NCBI RefSeq assembly: GCF_006345805.1
Contig: NC_042999.1
Location: forward strand, 19,902,001-19,966,000
Direction of reading: 5' to 3'
Source: Octopus sinensis
Lineage: Eukaryota
DNA length: 64,000 bases
This document shows positions 1 through 12,813 of this stretch, piece by piece (position 1 is the first letter of the stretch; every line of letters starts with the position of its first letter). The notes below the pieces were generated by a model. That model was not told the DNA's origin. It saw only the letters and a program-made list of their open reading frames with translations, and did no database searches. The translations under genes were made by a program, and so were the position numbers.

Positions 1-433
1 ACGATAATTCCTGGAAGCCTAAAAAAATAACAACATCGATCAATCGTTGCAGAATGGATCTGTTTCGTCTGACTTTCTCATTATGATGTTGTATGCATCT
101 AATTGTAAGTCTATGCGAACATTCTCGAATATTTTAAGATCTATCAAAGATTTTATATGCCTTTGAGAACGCTTGTGCTTTAACATAGCCATATGTAAAT
201 TATTTAATTCATCATAGCCTTGTGGGTATCATGCGGTCATCTCAAAGCATGACTTCTCAAAGCGGAAGTACGAGTCACTGAGAGAGAAGAAGGGGAGACA
301 AAATATTTCCAAAACAACTGGACGGATTTTCTTTGAAACAAAGTAACTATTTTATCTAATTTTCCGATGATATGGATAAAAAATCACAGGGCATGCAATG
401 CATACCTTGCATACCTGACAGTGCACGCGCCTG
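1..433 (+). mobile_element. Probable 3' end of a decayed hAT-like DNA transposon, truncated by the window edge
   Basis: About 17-85 translates as SLKKITTSINRCRMDLFRLTFSL, resembling the hAT C-terminal dimerisation motif. The segment ends in a GC-rich terminus (cagtgcacgcgcctg) abutting a TA tract. The left end is not visible. Confidence 0.35.
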
Positions 434-678
434 ATATATATATGTATGTATGTGTGTGTATATGTTTGTGTGTCTTTGTCCCCCAACATCACTTGACAAC
501 CAATGCTGGTGTGTTTACGTCCACGTAACTTGGCGGTTCGGCAAAAGAGACCGATAGAATAAGTACTAGGCTTACAAAGAATAAGTCCTGGGGGTCGATT
601 TGCTCGACTAAAGGCAGTGCTCCAGCGTAGTCGCAGTCAAGTGACTGAAACAATTAAAAGAGTAAAAGAGTGAAAGAG
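434..678 (+). mobile_element. SINE family A (tRNA-headed, CORE-like), 3' half
   Basis: Matches the central microsatellite and tail of the full copies at 10783, 29392, 46262 and 51775 (gcttgacaacc..gctggtgtgtttacgtc..gaataagtactaggcttacaaagaataag..gactgaaac..aaaagagt). Confidence 0.85.
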
Positions 679-1647
679 TTGAAAATGGTATCAAGAAGGA
701 ACTGAAAGCAAGTTGTGTACTTTGTTGGCTTTCAATCAATCGCTTTCCATTTTGTTCCCCTATAACGATGATGATGATGATCATGATGATGATGACAACA
801 GAAATTATTAGACATATAGGAAGATAGACGAGGTGGGAGCATGGATTAACTGCAAATAAAATAATGGCTTACATCAACATCAACAACATCAACATCAACA
901 ACAACAACAGCAACATGGGTTCAAACATTGCGAAAGGAGGAGGATGGAAAGCAGAGATGCTGTAAATGAAAACTCCAAAAAAAAAAGAAAAAAATCGGAA
1001 AAAAAGAAGCAAAACAACTAAAGTACTAAATGAAATGGAATAAAACAGACTAGAGTAATCTAGAAAATGAAGCAAGCATCAGCTACTGACAGTTTAAATC
1101 CATTATCAAAGTAGGAGGTCAGTAGCATCATGTTTTCATTCTATCTGTTTCTTATTTTGTTTTGTTATTATTATTTTTTTTTTCTGATATGTTTTCCATT
1201 GTTATTCTTTCTTTTTTTTTTTTTTTTTTGCTTTCCATTTGTTGGTATTTAGTAGTTTGGTAGGCAGTTTATTCTGTAGGTCGTACTTCTAAGTATATTG
1301 TATTCCCCCCTTTTTTTTTTGCTGTATTTATTATTATATTCTATGGAGAAAAAATGTTGTCATTAATTTATGTACTAAATTTCGGTGGGTTTTAAAAACA
1401 AATTAAAGAAATAATAAATAATTTGCATAGCATAATAGATTTCTAATTGGTAACATTGATTTTACTGCGGTGTTAGTTTTCCAGTCTATTAACCTCTAAC
1501 TTTATGTTAGTATCAACACTACTAAATTTTGATTGGAATGTATCCCCCGGTGAGCTTTAATGAACGATATTCCTGAAATGCTAGAAATAGCAACTAAATC
1601 TCACCCAAATTCACAACCTAATACCTCAGGAAAATTTCCTTGATGTA

Positions 1648-1802
1648 AGTGGTAAGTAGCTTGTTTACCAACCACATGGTTCCGGGTTCAGCCCCACTGC
1701 GTGGCACCTTGAGCAAGTGTCTTCTACTAGAGCCTCGGGTCGACCAAAGCCTTGTGAGTGGATTTCGTCGACGGAAACTGAAAGAAGCCCATCGTATATA
1801 TG

Positions 1803-1833
<31 letters not shown>

Positions 1834-2025
1834 ATGTTCGTGTGTCTGTGTTTGTCCCCCCTCCTCAACATCGCTTGACAACTGATGCTGGTGTGTTTAA
1901 GTTGCCGTAACTTAGCAGTTCGGCAAAAGCGACTGATAGAATAAGTACTAGGCTTACAAAGAATAAGTTCTGGGGTCGATTTGCTCCAGCATGGCCACAG
2001 TCAAATTACTGAAACAAGTAAAACA
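1648..2025 (+). mobile_element. SINE family A, near full length
   Basis: A-box/B-box-like head (gtggtaag...ggttcagcccc), CORE-like ccttgagcaagt, internal (TA)n(TG)n, shared tail. Confidence 0.9.
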
Positions 2026-2884
2026 TAAATATAATGTGGTTCTGCTTTTTCTGTATGTAGAAACATAAGACAGGATGGCCATGGCTGGAATGCTTGTGTT
2101 AATTAATCAAAGTTGATTTGGAGGGAGGGGGGTAAAGCAGCATCATATATACTCGTCTCTTGTGGTTAAGATAGAAGTCGGAATATTGTAGTCTTGTTAT
2201 TAACAATTGATTTCAATATTCACCACATTTATATCAGTTTTTATTTTCCTTTTTTTTTTATTATCAATGGACACAAACAACAGACTATGGGAAAAGTTAC
2301 TGCTTTGCAAGACACGGAACCATATAATCTACCAAATGCAATGGTGCACTAAACAATTTTGTTGCTATATTAACTAAAATCCACAGAGATTTAGTCTCCT
2401 ATTACCCTCTTAACATAAAATTCAAGCATATTTTTAATGTTTTGGCAACAGTCGTATGGCTTTTGATTTTTATATTTTTCTAATTTTATAACTGTTTTTC
2501 TTTTATTGTGTTTGTTTTGGCTATTGCTTTTCATACGAAGAAAATTAGTTTTTCAGTATTTAAATTTATTTTTATTGAATATTTTCTTATGTGATCAGAA
2601 CTTTGGAAAAAATAAAGAAAAGAAAAAAAAAACCATTACAGCTATTTCCCAATTTAAAACCTACAGATGAAACAATAAATTCGTTGATAATTGATGGCTT
2701 CTGCAGGAGTTCTGAGGATGGTATAAAACTGAGATGTAGAAAATATGTGTTATCCTTATCTGTTATCCTAAGGTCATTGACCTAATAAGAGCACTTGCAA
2801 CAGACTGGTCATTGCTAGAGGCATCAAAACTTAGACTGTGGTGCTAAAGCTTGATAAGGATTGACCAATATCTTCTTTTGTCTC

Positions 2885-3093
2885 TTTTACACTTTTACTT
2901 GTTTCAGTCATGTGACTGTGGCCATGCTGGAGCACCGCCTTTAGTCGAGCAAATCGACCCCAGGACTTATTCTTTGTAAGCCTAGTACTTATTCCATTGG
3001 TCTTTTTTGCCGAACCCCTAAGTTACGGGGACATAATAACATCAGCATTGGTTGTCAAGCGATGTTGGGGGAACAAACACAGACAAACATATA

Positions 3094-3125
<32 letters not shown>
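2885..3125 (-). mobile_element. SINE family A, 3' half
   Basis: Reverse complement of the family A tail and centre. Confidence 0.85.
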
Positions 3126-3154
<29 letters not shown>

Positions 3155-3800
3155 TATGTATATTATTATATGACTGAATGCCACGCATCCGCTTCCAAGT
3201 AGGTTTTATCTTATTAATTATGATGCGCACTCTATACGATCTTTTTACTCTTTCGTGTTTCTCTCTTTTTCTCTCTTATTCTTTTACCTCCTCTTCTCCC
3301 ACTATTCTATCCTATTACTTTGTCTCTCTCTCTCCTTCACTCCTTCTCCCTTGCTCACGTGGTTTCCACGTGATCATCGGCCATCTTTCTTTCTTCTCCT
3401 AACTTGTGTTTCTTTCTCTACATTGTAGCTGGAACAAGGAAGACATGTTCTACTCTGTCTCCTCTCCAAGCTTGATTTACGCGTTCGCTACCTCGTAGCC
3501 CTTCCTTTTTTTTTCACTGTCCTGTTTGTGTTACCAATTTCGACCTTCTGCAAAATCCCAAATTTCATTTTATTTGCTTTGCAGGAATAACTGTTTTATC
3601 GAAAGCATATATTGTTGTTAAATACTCGAAATACACGAGTATACAACAGCCAACAACTGATGAAGGGTCGTTCTTTATGTTGTTTGTCTTGTTTTCCATT
3701 TGTGTCTTTCGTTGTTCGAAAAATTAGTTCATATTTCATGTACTCGTACTTCGTATTTTTTTGTTGTACACATTTCATGACATCCTGTGCCCACATATGC

Positions 3801-3866
<66 letters not shown>

Positions 3867-3963
3867 ATCCAAACCTGAAAATACAAAGAGAAAACACAAC
3901 AATGCGAGGACATGGAACAAGTATAGTGTTATTGGACGCTCAGGAAGTAAATAAAGCAGGAGG

Positions 3964-3998
3964 ATATAACGTTTCGAGCGGGGCTCTTCGTCAGAAAC
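3964..3998 (-). ncRNA. Minimal type I hammerhead ribozyme (Penelope-like-element type)
   Basis: Minus strand: GTTT-CTGACGA-A-GAGC(CCC)GCTC-GAAA-CG-TT-ATAT. Core intact, 4-bp stem II, ACGT palindromic stem III, GUU triplet. Stem I is imperfect. Confidence 0.55.
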
Positions 3999-5511
3999 AT
4001 AGAAAAAGGAAAGATCCAAGGAAGGGAAGATGGAGGGAAAAATAGCCAACAATACACACGTGGTCACATATTGAATATGTGTGTGCGCGTGTGTTTGTGT
4101 GTATGTATGTATAGATGTATGTATATATTCGTATGTATATATGCATATATATATATTATAGAATCCATGTTTCCGTTATTAATTTCAGAGACACTGTTTA
4201 GTTGTGTACCTACCATCAGGTATCAGTTGATGTTCAGTTCCTGTATTCCACAGATGTGATAGACACTAAACCAATTTAAGTGTCTTTGAAACATATATCA
4301 ACACAAATTGGCAAGCGTTCTATAATTATGAAAATATATATTTTGTGATCAACATCTGTGTATCATACTAAACGAAATCTTTACCTCGGCGTATCGGAAC
4401 CAGTGGATGAATCATTAACTGGTATTGTAGAAGCTTGCAAGGCTGTAAAAAATTGGTTTGTGCCATTGAAACAGCACTGAAAGAAAATTACCATCTGTGT
4501 ATGTTATTAAATGTACGCACATAATGAGAAGGCATGAAACTGTGTAGCTGTCTGTGATAAAATCTCTTCGTAGACTTGTGTTACAAGCACAATGTATATC
4601 TGTACAAAACAAACATCGTCACTGCGTTTACATATTATTATTTTTTTTTAGCTGCTTGCTTTGGTTATTGTCAACATAACATGAGTATTTGATGTTTAAC
4701 TACAGAACAGGTTTTTTATTATCTGGACAGATCAACTATTCTAATCTCATATGAGAGGAAACCGGAACGATATCATTTGTTTCAGATCTAATGTTGTCAT
4801 TTATTCTTCAATAATTTTTAACCAGTTGTAGATAACGAAAGAATTCCATGTAGCACAGGACAAAAGAGATGTATTCTGCTGATGGTTTTTCTGAATGTAT
4901 TAAATATATCCTATCATCCAGATAACATTATGGACTGTTCGTAGACAAGCATGTGTTTGATAGGGTCAATAGTAAATACAAAATGCTCGCTGATATCTTT
5001 TTGTGCTTTCAGAAATATAATTTATATACGTATATATATCACTCACAAATCATGCATGCACACTTAGCTATTTAGGACACAAGACACATTTGAAAAACAT
5101 TTATTATCCTCCACCACCAGCACTACCGCCCTGATAACACAAAGTATTATCTCTATGTCGACATATTAATATTTCTTCTAATGCTTGTTTGACGTTAAGG
5201 CACTCATGTCAGAAAACGATGATTAGGATGCAGACAATTCCGATTCTTAACCATCTTAAGCCTTTTTTTGTTGTTGTTTTTTTTTGTTTTTCACTACACA
5301 ACTTCGCCATATGCTTTCCAAAATAGTGCTAGACATTTCATAAATATTGTTTTGTGCAAAATATGCTGAGGATTTGATAGCCATTAAAATTAATTACATG
5401 TACTTAGAGGATTGTGAATCACTAGTCTGGTTAAATGCTTTGCAGTACTTAATGATTTTATTTATTTTCTGAGTTCTAATTCTTCAGTGGTTAATATTTC
5501 TTTCTAAGATA

Positions 5512-7153
5512 TCAGGTTGAGTGAAAAGTAAGCAACGTTTTGAACCATGAAGAATTTGTACCGGATTTGGGCAGAGTTCTGAATTTTTTAAACATTATTT
5601 TGCAATTGTCCGATAATACAGACATAGACTTGCCCAAAAGCATCAATAAATTAACATTGATATGTTTTCCACCGTCGTTACAATCATTTGAAAAAATGGA
5701 ATTGTTAAAGTGCAATATTCGAGCAATTTTGCTATTCAACTTCAAAAAAGGACGTAAAGCAGCTGAAACTGCTCGCGATATGAACAAACCATTTGGTGAG
5801 GAAATGACCAGTGAGTGGTCAGCTTGAAAATGATTTAAACAATTTTGCAATGGAGACCTGAGCCTTGAAGATTGTGAGCATAGTGGATGCCCATCTGTCA
5901 TCGATGATGGTCAATTAAAGGCTGTCGTTGAGAAAGGTCCACGTAAAACCACTCAAGAACTGACAAAAGAAAACTTCAAGTTAGCCAGAAAATTGCTTGC
6001 AACCATTTGCATGTGATCAGAAAATCAAAAAAGCTCAAAGAATGGGTACCACACGATTTGAATGAAAATGCGAAAATGCACAAACATGAAATGTTCTCGT
6101 TGCTTCTTCTCCATAACCAGATCAATCCATTTCTTGACCGTATTGTAACTTGCAATGAAAAGTGGACTCTGAATAATGATTTAAAAAAAAACGTTCTTTG
6201 CAGTGGTTGGACCAAAAGGAAGTAATGAAAACCTTTCCTAAACCCGAGTTCTCCAAACAGAAGGTTTTGGTGGCTGCTAGATTCATTTGCTATAACTTCT
6301 TAAAACCCAGAAAAATCGTTAATACAGAAACATATTGCTCTGAAATTGCCAAAATGAACGAAAAACTGCTACTCCTCCATCCCAAACTGGTCAACAGAAG
6401 AGGGCCATAACAATGACAATGTTCGACATCATGTTTCACTAATGATGCTCCAGAAGTTGAGAGAACTTGGCTACAAAGTTCTTCCCCACCCAGCTTATTC
6501 CCCAACCTTTCTCCTACGGACTACCACTTTTTCAAGCACCTGAATGGTTTCCTGCGAAAGAAGCAGTTCAAAGCTCAAGCCAATGCTGAAAGGAGCGGCT
6601 GTGTGGTAAGTAGCTTGCTTACCAACCACATGCTTCCGGGTTCAGTCCCACTGTGTGGCACCTTGGGCAAGTGTTTTCTACTAAAACCTCGGCCCGACCA
6701 AAGCCTTGTGAGTAGATTTGGTAGACGGAAGCTGAAAGAAGCCCATCGTATATATGTATATATATATGTGTGTGTATATATGTTGTGTTTCTGTGTTTGT
6801 CCCCCCAACATCGCTTGACAACAGAGACTGGTGTGTTCAGGTCCCTGTAACTTAGCGGTTCAGCAAAAGAAACCAATAGAATAAGTACTAGGCTTACAAA
6901 AAATAAGTCCTGGGGTCGATTTGATTCAACTAAAGGGGGTGCTCCAGCATGGCCGCAGTCAAATGACTGAAACAAGTAAAAGAATAGAAAAAGAGTCCAT
7001 CAGCTCCAGAACTCTAGATTTTTATGTTACCAGAATAAACAAACTTGCAACTCTTTGGCAAAAATGTGTGTTGATTTTAATGGTACTTACTTTGATGAAT
7101 AAAATTTCTACCTCGCTGAAATATATTGTGATGACGTTGCTTACTCAGCCTGA
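5512..7153 (+). mobile_element. Full-length decayed mariner (Mos1/SETMAR-like transposase pseudogene) with a nested SINE
   Basis: TA-flanked TIRs (TCAGGTTGAGTGAAAAGTAAGCAACG / reverse complement TCAGGCTGAGTAAGCAACG). Transposase remnants ELLKCNIRAILLFNFKKGRKAAETARDMNKPFGEE, WVPHDL, RIVTCNEKW, PTDYHFFKHL and FYVTRINKLATLWQKCV, with stops and frameshifts. Confidence 0.92.
6594..6985 (+). mobile_element. SINE family A inserted into the mariner transposase ORF
   Basis: Full family A sequence interrupting the mariner C-terminal coding region, which resumes at about 6990. Confidence 0.9.
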
Positions 7154-7649
7154 TATATACCAGGCATTTTCCCCCGTATCCATATCACTGACAGTTCCTC
7201 CTCCATAAAAAGTATTAGATTTTCTTCTATGTAAGAAATTATCAGCTTTTTCCCGGTGGCATAGGACAGATGCTGTACTGGGTGTCCTATCACACACAAT
7301 GCCACCAAATTCCAAGCAGGAATATAACATAAATTTTCCATTTTCGATGGGTGTGCAGCACACACCTAGCACACCTGGAATATACCCTCCTGCTTTTCCC
7401 CCTGCATCTCCTAAATGTTTACTTAATTAAGCTCTTTACTCCTTAATGGGCATAGACCATCAATGACTTTTCTCCACTGTTCTTGACTATATAGGTTTTT
7501 TTACACCCCACCCTACCCCACCCCAGTTCTTCCTGGTTTTGAATTGTCATTGATGCTTCTGTAATCATGATTTCTTTCTCACTAAGCAGTGTTGGCTCTG
7601 ACAAACCCATTTTTACCTCTGGAGAAAAGTAATTTATACTCCACTGCTA

Positions 7650-7885
7650 TATTTCTTTATTGCCCACAAAGGGCTACACACAGAGGGGACAAACAAGGAC
7701 AGACAAACGGATTAAGTCGATTATATCGACCCCAGTGCGTAACTGGTACTTGTTTAATTGACCCCGAAAGGATGAATGGCAAAGTCGACCTCGGCGGAAT
7801 TTGAACTCACAACGTAACGGCAGACGAAATACCGCTAAGCATTTCACCCGGCGTGCTAACGTTTCTGCCAGCTCTCCACTGTCAT
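7650..7885 (-). mobile_element. SINE family B (tRNA-like head with B-box gagttcaaattcc)
   Basis: Reverse complement of the TSD-flanked copies at 32150 and 35295. Confidence 0.85.
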
Positions 7886-9654
7886 AGCTCTCATTGAGGC
7901 ACCCAAAGGTCACAGAGGCACCCAAGGATCATTGAGGAACCCAATCTACCTCACCACTACATGGACAGGACCTTGTAGTGCAGCTCCTAGGTTCACACGT
8001 AAAACATTTACATTTCCATAATAGAATTACATTAAAGAAAATATTATTTGAATGCTCTATTAAGAGGAACAAAGGCAGAGATTTGAGGAATTGGTATAGA
8101 TTTTGCAAATGTTGTGATTATGAAACATTTTATTTTTTGTTTCTGTTCCTTTTTTTCTTTTGCTACTATAAAGTTGGCAAAAAGTATTTTCATACTTATT
8201 TTGAAGTTCTTATGAATCATTTTCATCACGTACCATTGTCATGTATGTCAGTTTTCTCCCATACAATGAATGGCTGGTGTCTGTGTATAATATATTACCT
8301 CTTTGTTAGATTTTTGTTTTGTATATATAAAAATGTGTGTTGCGTGTTTTCGATAATATCTAAAAAGTATACAAAACTCATCATTGTTATTTTATAGTGT
8401 GGTGCTATCCATAACATCTGTAAGAGTTGAAAACAAAGATTTGACATAGAAAAATTTAAAATGCTGACTTGATGCTCTACCAACAAAATAATGTTTGTAG
8501 TTTGGGGGACTAGCAGAACTTTATTTCCATCAATTCTAAATCAGTTACAAGATCAATGAAAAATAATTTTAGATCAAAGATAAAACTACATTCAATATTG
8601 CGTTGGAACTAAAAACCAATTAGTTTACTTATAGATACTAACAAAACTACTTATATATTGTACACTTACACTTTTTCCCTCTTTTCTAAAGGTTTAATGA
8701 ATTTTATATTGAAAGCAATTTATTTTTGTGTCAAGAGATTACTTGGAACTGAGATGTTTCACTGAGAATTGAAGTTCTATGAAAGTGAAAAGAAACGGGG
8801 GGAAAAAACGTTATAAGAAATACATTAAAACTGCTCAAGAATAATAAAGATGAAAGGTAGTTTACAGAGTTATTGCAGGTCATAAGAGAATAAAGACAAG
8901 AAGGGAAATTTTCTGAGAAAATATTCTATTAAAGAAGTTGTATTTTGATAATCATTTTACGGAATTCGATTTGAACAATAGCCAAGTCAGTCGTTTTTAG
9001 GAGTAGAAATTTTTCCCTGGCAGTCAAAGATGATGGTTTGTCAATTAGGAAAAAGTAAAGGACCAAAGGGGATAACAATAGACAGAAAAGTGACTAGCAG
9101 TTAGCGGAATGTGTTTACATGTGTGTAGGAGTGTGTATATGATGGGTTGAAACAAATTATGCATTAATCGGAAAACTTGTGAGACAACTAAAACTAATAA
9201 TGTGAAAGATAACTGGTGATATGTAACCAAGAGAATGTGAATGGCTGGTCTGTAATTGTTATAAGTCATAAAATGGCTTCAGTGAATGGGGAATCAGTCA
9301 TACTTCAGATTTATTCTTTAATGTTTAGTTGGAAAAACAAATTTAGTGAAGCAGATACAGTATGGCAGAAAAAGTTTTAAAATTGATTTGAGAATTTGTT
9401 TTACGGTTCTCCATCTAATTACCACCAATCTATCATTTATATCTTTTACTGCTTTCAGTCATTAAACTCTATGGCCATGCTGGAGCACCACCTTGAAGAA
9501 ATTTTTGTCAACGACAGGACGTATTTTTTATAGCTAAATACTCATTCTATTGGTCTTCATTTTGCCGAACTGCTAAGTTATGGGGATGTAAACATTCTAA
9601 CAGTTGCGAAGTGAAAGTGAGGACATACACAGACACAAAGTCACACATTTGTAG

Positions 9655-9840
<186 letters not shown>

Positions 9841-9855
9841 CGTGTGTGCGTGTGT

Positions 9856-10150
9856 GAGGTACAATGGCCCAGTGGTTAAGGCAGCGGACTCGCAGTCATA
9901 GGATCACAGTTTCGATTCTCAGACTAGGCGTTGTGAGTGTTTATTGAGTGAAAACACCTAAAGCTCCACGAGGCTCCAGCAGGGGGTGCTAGCGATCTCT
10001 ACTGTACTCTTTCACGATAACTTTCTCTCACTCTTTCTTCTGTTCGCCTGCTCACTTAGCCAGTGGGGTGGTGTCATTTGAAGGCTAAAACAATGCAAAG
10101 CGCATTGTGACCAGCGATGTGTAGCAACATCTGCTAGCCTGGTACCGACC
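9856..10150 (+). mobile_element. SINE family C (tRNA-derived head)
   Basis: Head tggcccagtggttaaggcagcggactcg..gtttcgattctcagact; related copy at 28294-28582. Confidence 0.75.
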
Positions 10151-10782
10151 ATGGTGATATATATACATATATATATATATATACAATGGGCTTCTTTCAG
10201 TTTCTATCTGCTGAATTCATTCACAAGGCCTTGTTAAGACACTTGTTCAAGTCACCATTTAGTGGGACTGAACCATGGACCTTCTGATTGGGAAGTAAAC
10301 TTCTTTTGGATGATTTTCTATAGACAACAGGTACTTTTTTTTAGTTGTAAACCAAACCCTTCCTACTTCTAGCCACTTAGCTGTGAAATAGTTATGGAAT
10401 AATATGCTGTTTTAGGTCAGATTCCATTCTGCAGCTCCTTTCAAAAAGTCTGTCTTCTTACCACAACCTTAGTTCAACTTAACCATTGTGTATGAACTTG
10501 GACCTATGGAAGCACAGTGTAGAGGGTCAAAAATGTACAATAAACACAATGGAAAGGTGTAGAAGTTAGACTTATCATGGGGAAAGAGCATTGCTGTAAA
10601 TTCTTTTGTAATGATTGTTATCCTGGTGTGAAGTTATTCTTTTGCTAAATAAAATTGTAAATATAATAGATGTGTTAGATGTTGAAAGTGATAACTTTAT
10701 AATGCTTATATCATTGAGTGAGAAGATGCAACAGATTCACTTTTTTCCATGGAACATATAAACAGGATTATTAAACAAGTTA

Positions 10783-10953
10783 GGCGCAGGAGTCGCTGTG
10801 TGGTAAGTAGCTTGCTAACCAACCACATGGTTCCCGATTCAGTCCCACTGTGTGGCATCTTGGGCAAGTGTCTTCTGCTATAGCCCCGGGCCGACCAATG
10901 CCTTGTGAGTGGATTTGGTAGACGAAAACTGAAAGAAGCCTGTCGTATATATG

Positions 10954-10986
<33 letters not shown>

Positions 10987-11215
10987 GTATATGTGTGTGT
11001 TTGTGTGTCTGTGTTTGTTCCCCTAGCATTGCTTGACAACCGATGCTGGTGTGTTTACGTCCCCGTCACTTAGCGGTTCGGCAAAAAGAGACCGATAGAA
11101 TAAATACTGGGCTTACAAAAAGAATAACTCCCGGGGTCGAGTTGCTCGATTAAAGGCGGTGCTCCAGCATGGCTGCAGTCAAATGACTGAAACAAGTAAA
11201 AGAGTAAAAGAGTAA
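10783..11215 (+). mobile_element. SINE family A, full length, young subfamily
   Basis: Shares diagnostic variants (ggcatcttgggca, gaccaatgcc, cctagcattgc) with copies at 34874 and 46262. Confidence 0.92.
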
Positions 11216-11612
11216 AGTTGGAAAAGAAGCAAGTTTTACACAGCTAAACTAAGAATCACCACAAAGGCGGGTTGCAATAATGTACTTAGAAACACAGAAA
11301 AGTTTAATTGAAGGATCTGAAAATGTGAATGTATGTAAAATTTACAGGGTGAACAATTACATCTAAGATATTCTCAGTGTGTGTTCTTGATTTTAATTAC
11401 AATTAAAATAAAATTACCTGGGAATATCTCTACGTGAGTTTTCTAAATAAAGAATGTAAAATTGTAATGCAAAGACTCTTCAAGCTGATGCAGGCATCAT
11501 TTGGTTTATCTTTCTGTGAAGATCAAATGAAAGATATTAATTAAAAGATTTAAGGACATGAGAACAGAGATTTTAGAAATCTCGGAGGTAGGGTAGAATT
11601 AATTTAATTGCA

Positions 11613-11712
11613 CGGCTGTACATATTCTAAAATTGGAACCTATACAGAGAAGATTAGCATGGCCCCTGCGCAAGGATGACACGCAAATTCGTGAAGCGTT
11701 CCATATTTTTTT
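11613..11712 (+). pseudogene. RNU6: U6 snRNA retrocopy with a diverged or truncated 5' end
   Basis: atacagagaagattagcatggcccctgcgcaaggatgacacgcaaattcgtgaagcgttccatattttttt is the canonical U6 3' two-thirds including the ACAGAGA box. The 5' part has mismatches and lacks about the first 10 nt. No TATA box is seen upstream. Confidence 0.95.
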
Positions 11713-11713
11713 A

Positions 11714-11937
11714 GGCCGATGCCGGACCCCCCTGGCACCTGTGCAGGTGGCATGTAAAAAGCACCCACTACACTCGTGGAGTGGTTGGCGTTAGGAAGGG
11801 CATCCAGCTGTAGAAATTCTGCCAGATCAGACTGGAGCCTGGTGCAGCCCCTGGCTTCCCAAACCCCGGTCGAACCGTCCAACCCGTGCTAGCGTGGAAA
11901 ACGGACGTTAAACGATGATGATGATGATGATGATGAT
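11714..11937 (+). mobile_element. 5'-truncated non-LTR retroelement 3' tail (family E, probably RTE-related) ending in (GAT)n, fused to U6
   Basis: Close match to 56209-56396 and 41412-41745; ends ...ggacgttaaac(gat)n. Confidence 0.88.
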
Positions 11938-12247
11938 AATAATAATTAGATTATTGCTAATGACTAACACAATTGGAATAATTAACCCTTATTCTAGATA
12001 GAAGAGTTAAAATTACAGATACTGCAACATAATGAATCTTATTAGTCATTTGGTAGAAAGAGTTATGGTCATGCCATATTTGTACTGGACAGGCCTCAGT
12101 TGAATTTGGTATCAGGTTATGGAATTGCAGATTCAAAATTCCTAAAATTAGCAGCAACAAGAAAATACCTTTAAGTCTATTTTTCATTCATTAATCTGGA
12201 AAATGAGTTCTACTCTTATTTAATAAAAGTCAAATGGCAGAGAAATA

Positions 12248-12813
12248 TTGGGTTGTCCGGAAAGTTCGTGCCGATGTTTAAAGGAAAAAAAATGGTCAAT
12301 AAATACTTACCATTACATTTTTAATCAACCAAATATGAACCATTTGGTTGCACAATGCGTCTCCATCTTCCCTTTAACTTGAAAATACCCTCTTCCCAGA
12401 ATTGAGGTGGTTTCATGGCAAAGAATTCATCAAGGTATATTTTTACATCATCCAAGGAATTGAAATTTTTACCATCAAAATTATTCTGCAGAGACCTGAA
12501 TAAGTGGAAATCCGAAGGAGCAATATCTGATGAATATAGAGGGTGGGGTAACACATCTCAGCCGGGCTGCAGCAATTTTTGTCTGTTTCCCAAAGCATCA
12601 AGTGCCGAAAATGAACTTTCTTATCTTCCATTTTAAAGGGTTACAGAATTAACACAAGTTATAGAAACATACACCTTCTTCCATGAAAAGATAGCTTAAA
12701 CTGTGCTCTAAATGGAGGTGTAGTCAAATCCTATTTTATGGACTCAACCATGTTCTAAAATAATTCGAAAGGTAAGCTACTACAAATCAGCATGATCTTT
12801 CAAGACAACCCAA
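12248..12813 (-). mobile_element. Internally deleted mariner
   Basis: TA-flanked TIRs TTGGGTTGTCCGGAAAGTTCGTGCCGAT / reverse complement TTGGGTTGTCTTGAAAGATCATGCTGAT. C-terminal transposase LPHPLYSSDIAPSDFHLFRSLQN...WRRIVQPNGSYLVD, with the N-terminus joined directly to it. Confidence 0.92.

Noticed and set aside
1649-1885. Recurrent ORFs such as MVSSL.TNHMVPGS.PLRGTL.KCLLL and RRASFSFRLPNPLTRLWSARG
   Set aside because: These are translations of SINE A copies with inconsistent stops and microsatellite-dependent frames; they are not genes.
7145-7400. ORFs just downstream of the mariner (GDAGGKAGGYIPG..)
   Set aside because: No recognisable homology, no convincing donor site, and the frame ends inside the mariner TIR.
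11613-11712. Functional U6 gene
   Set aside because: The 5' stem-loop is disrupted or missing, there is a 1-nt insertion before ATACAG, no TATA is seen upstream, and a retroelement tail is fused at the 3' end.
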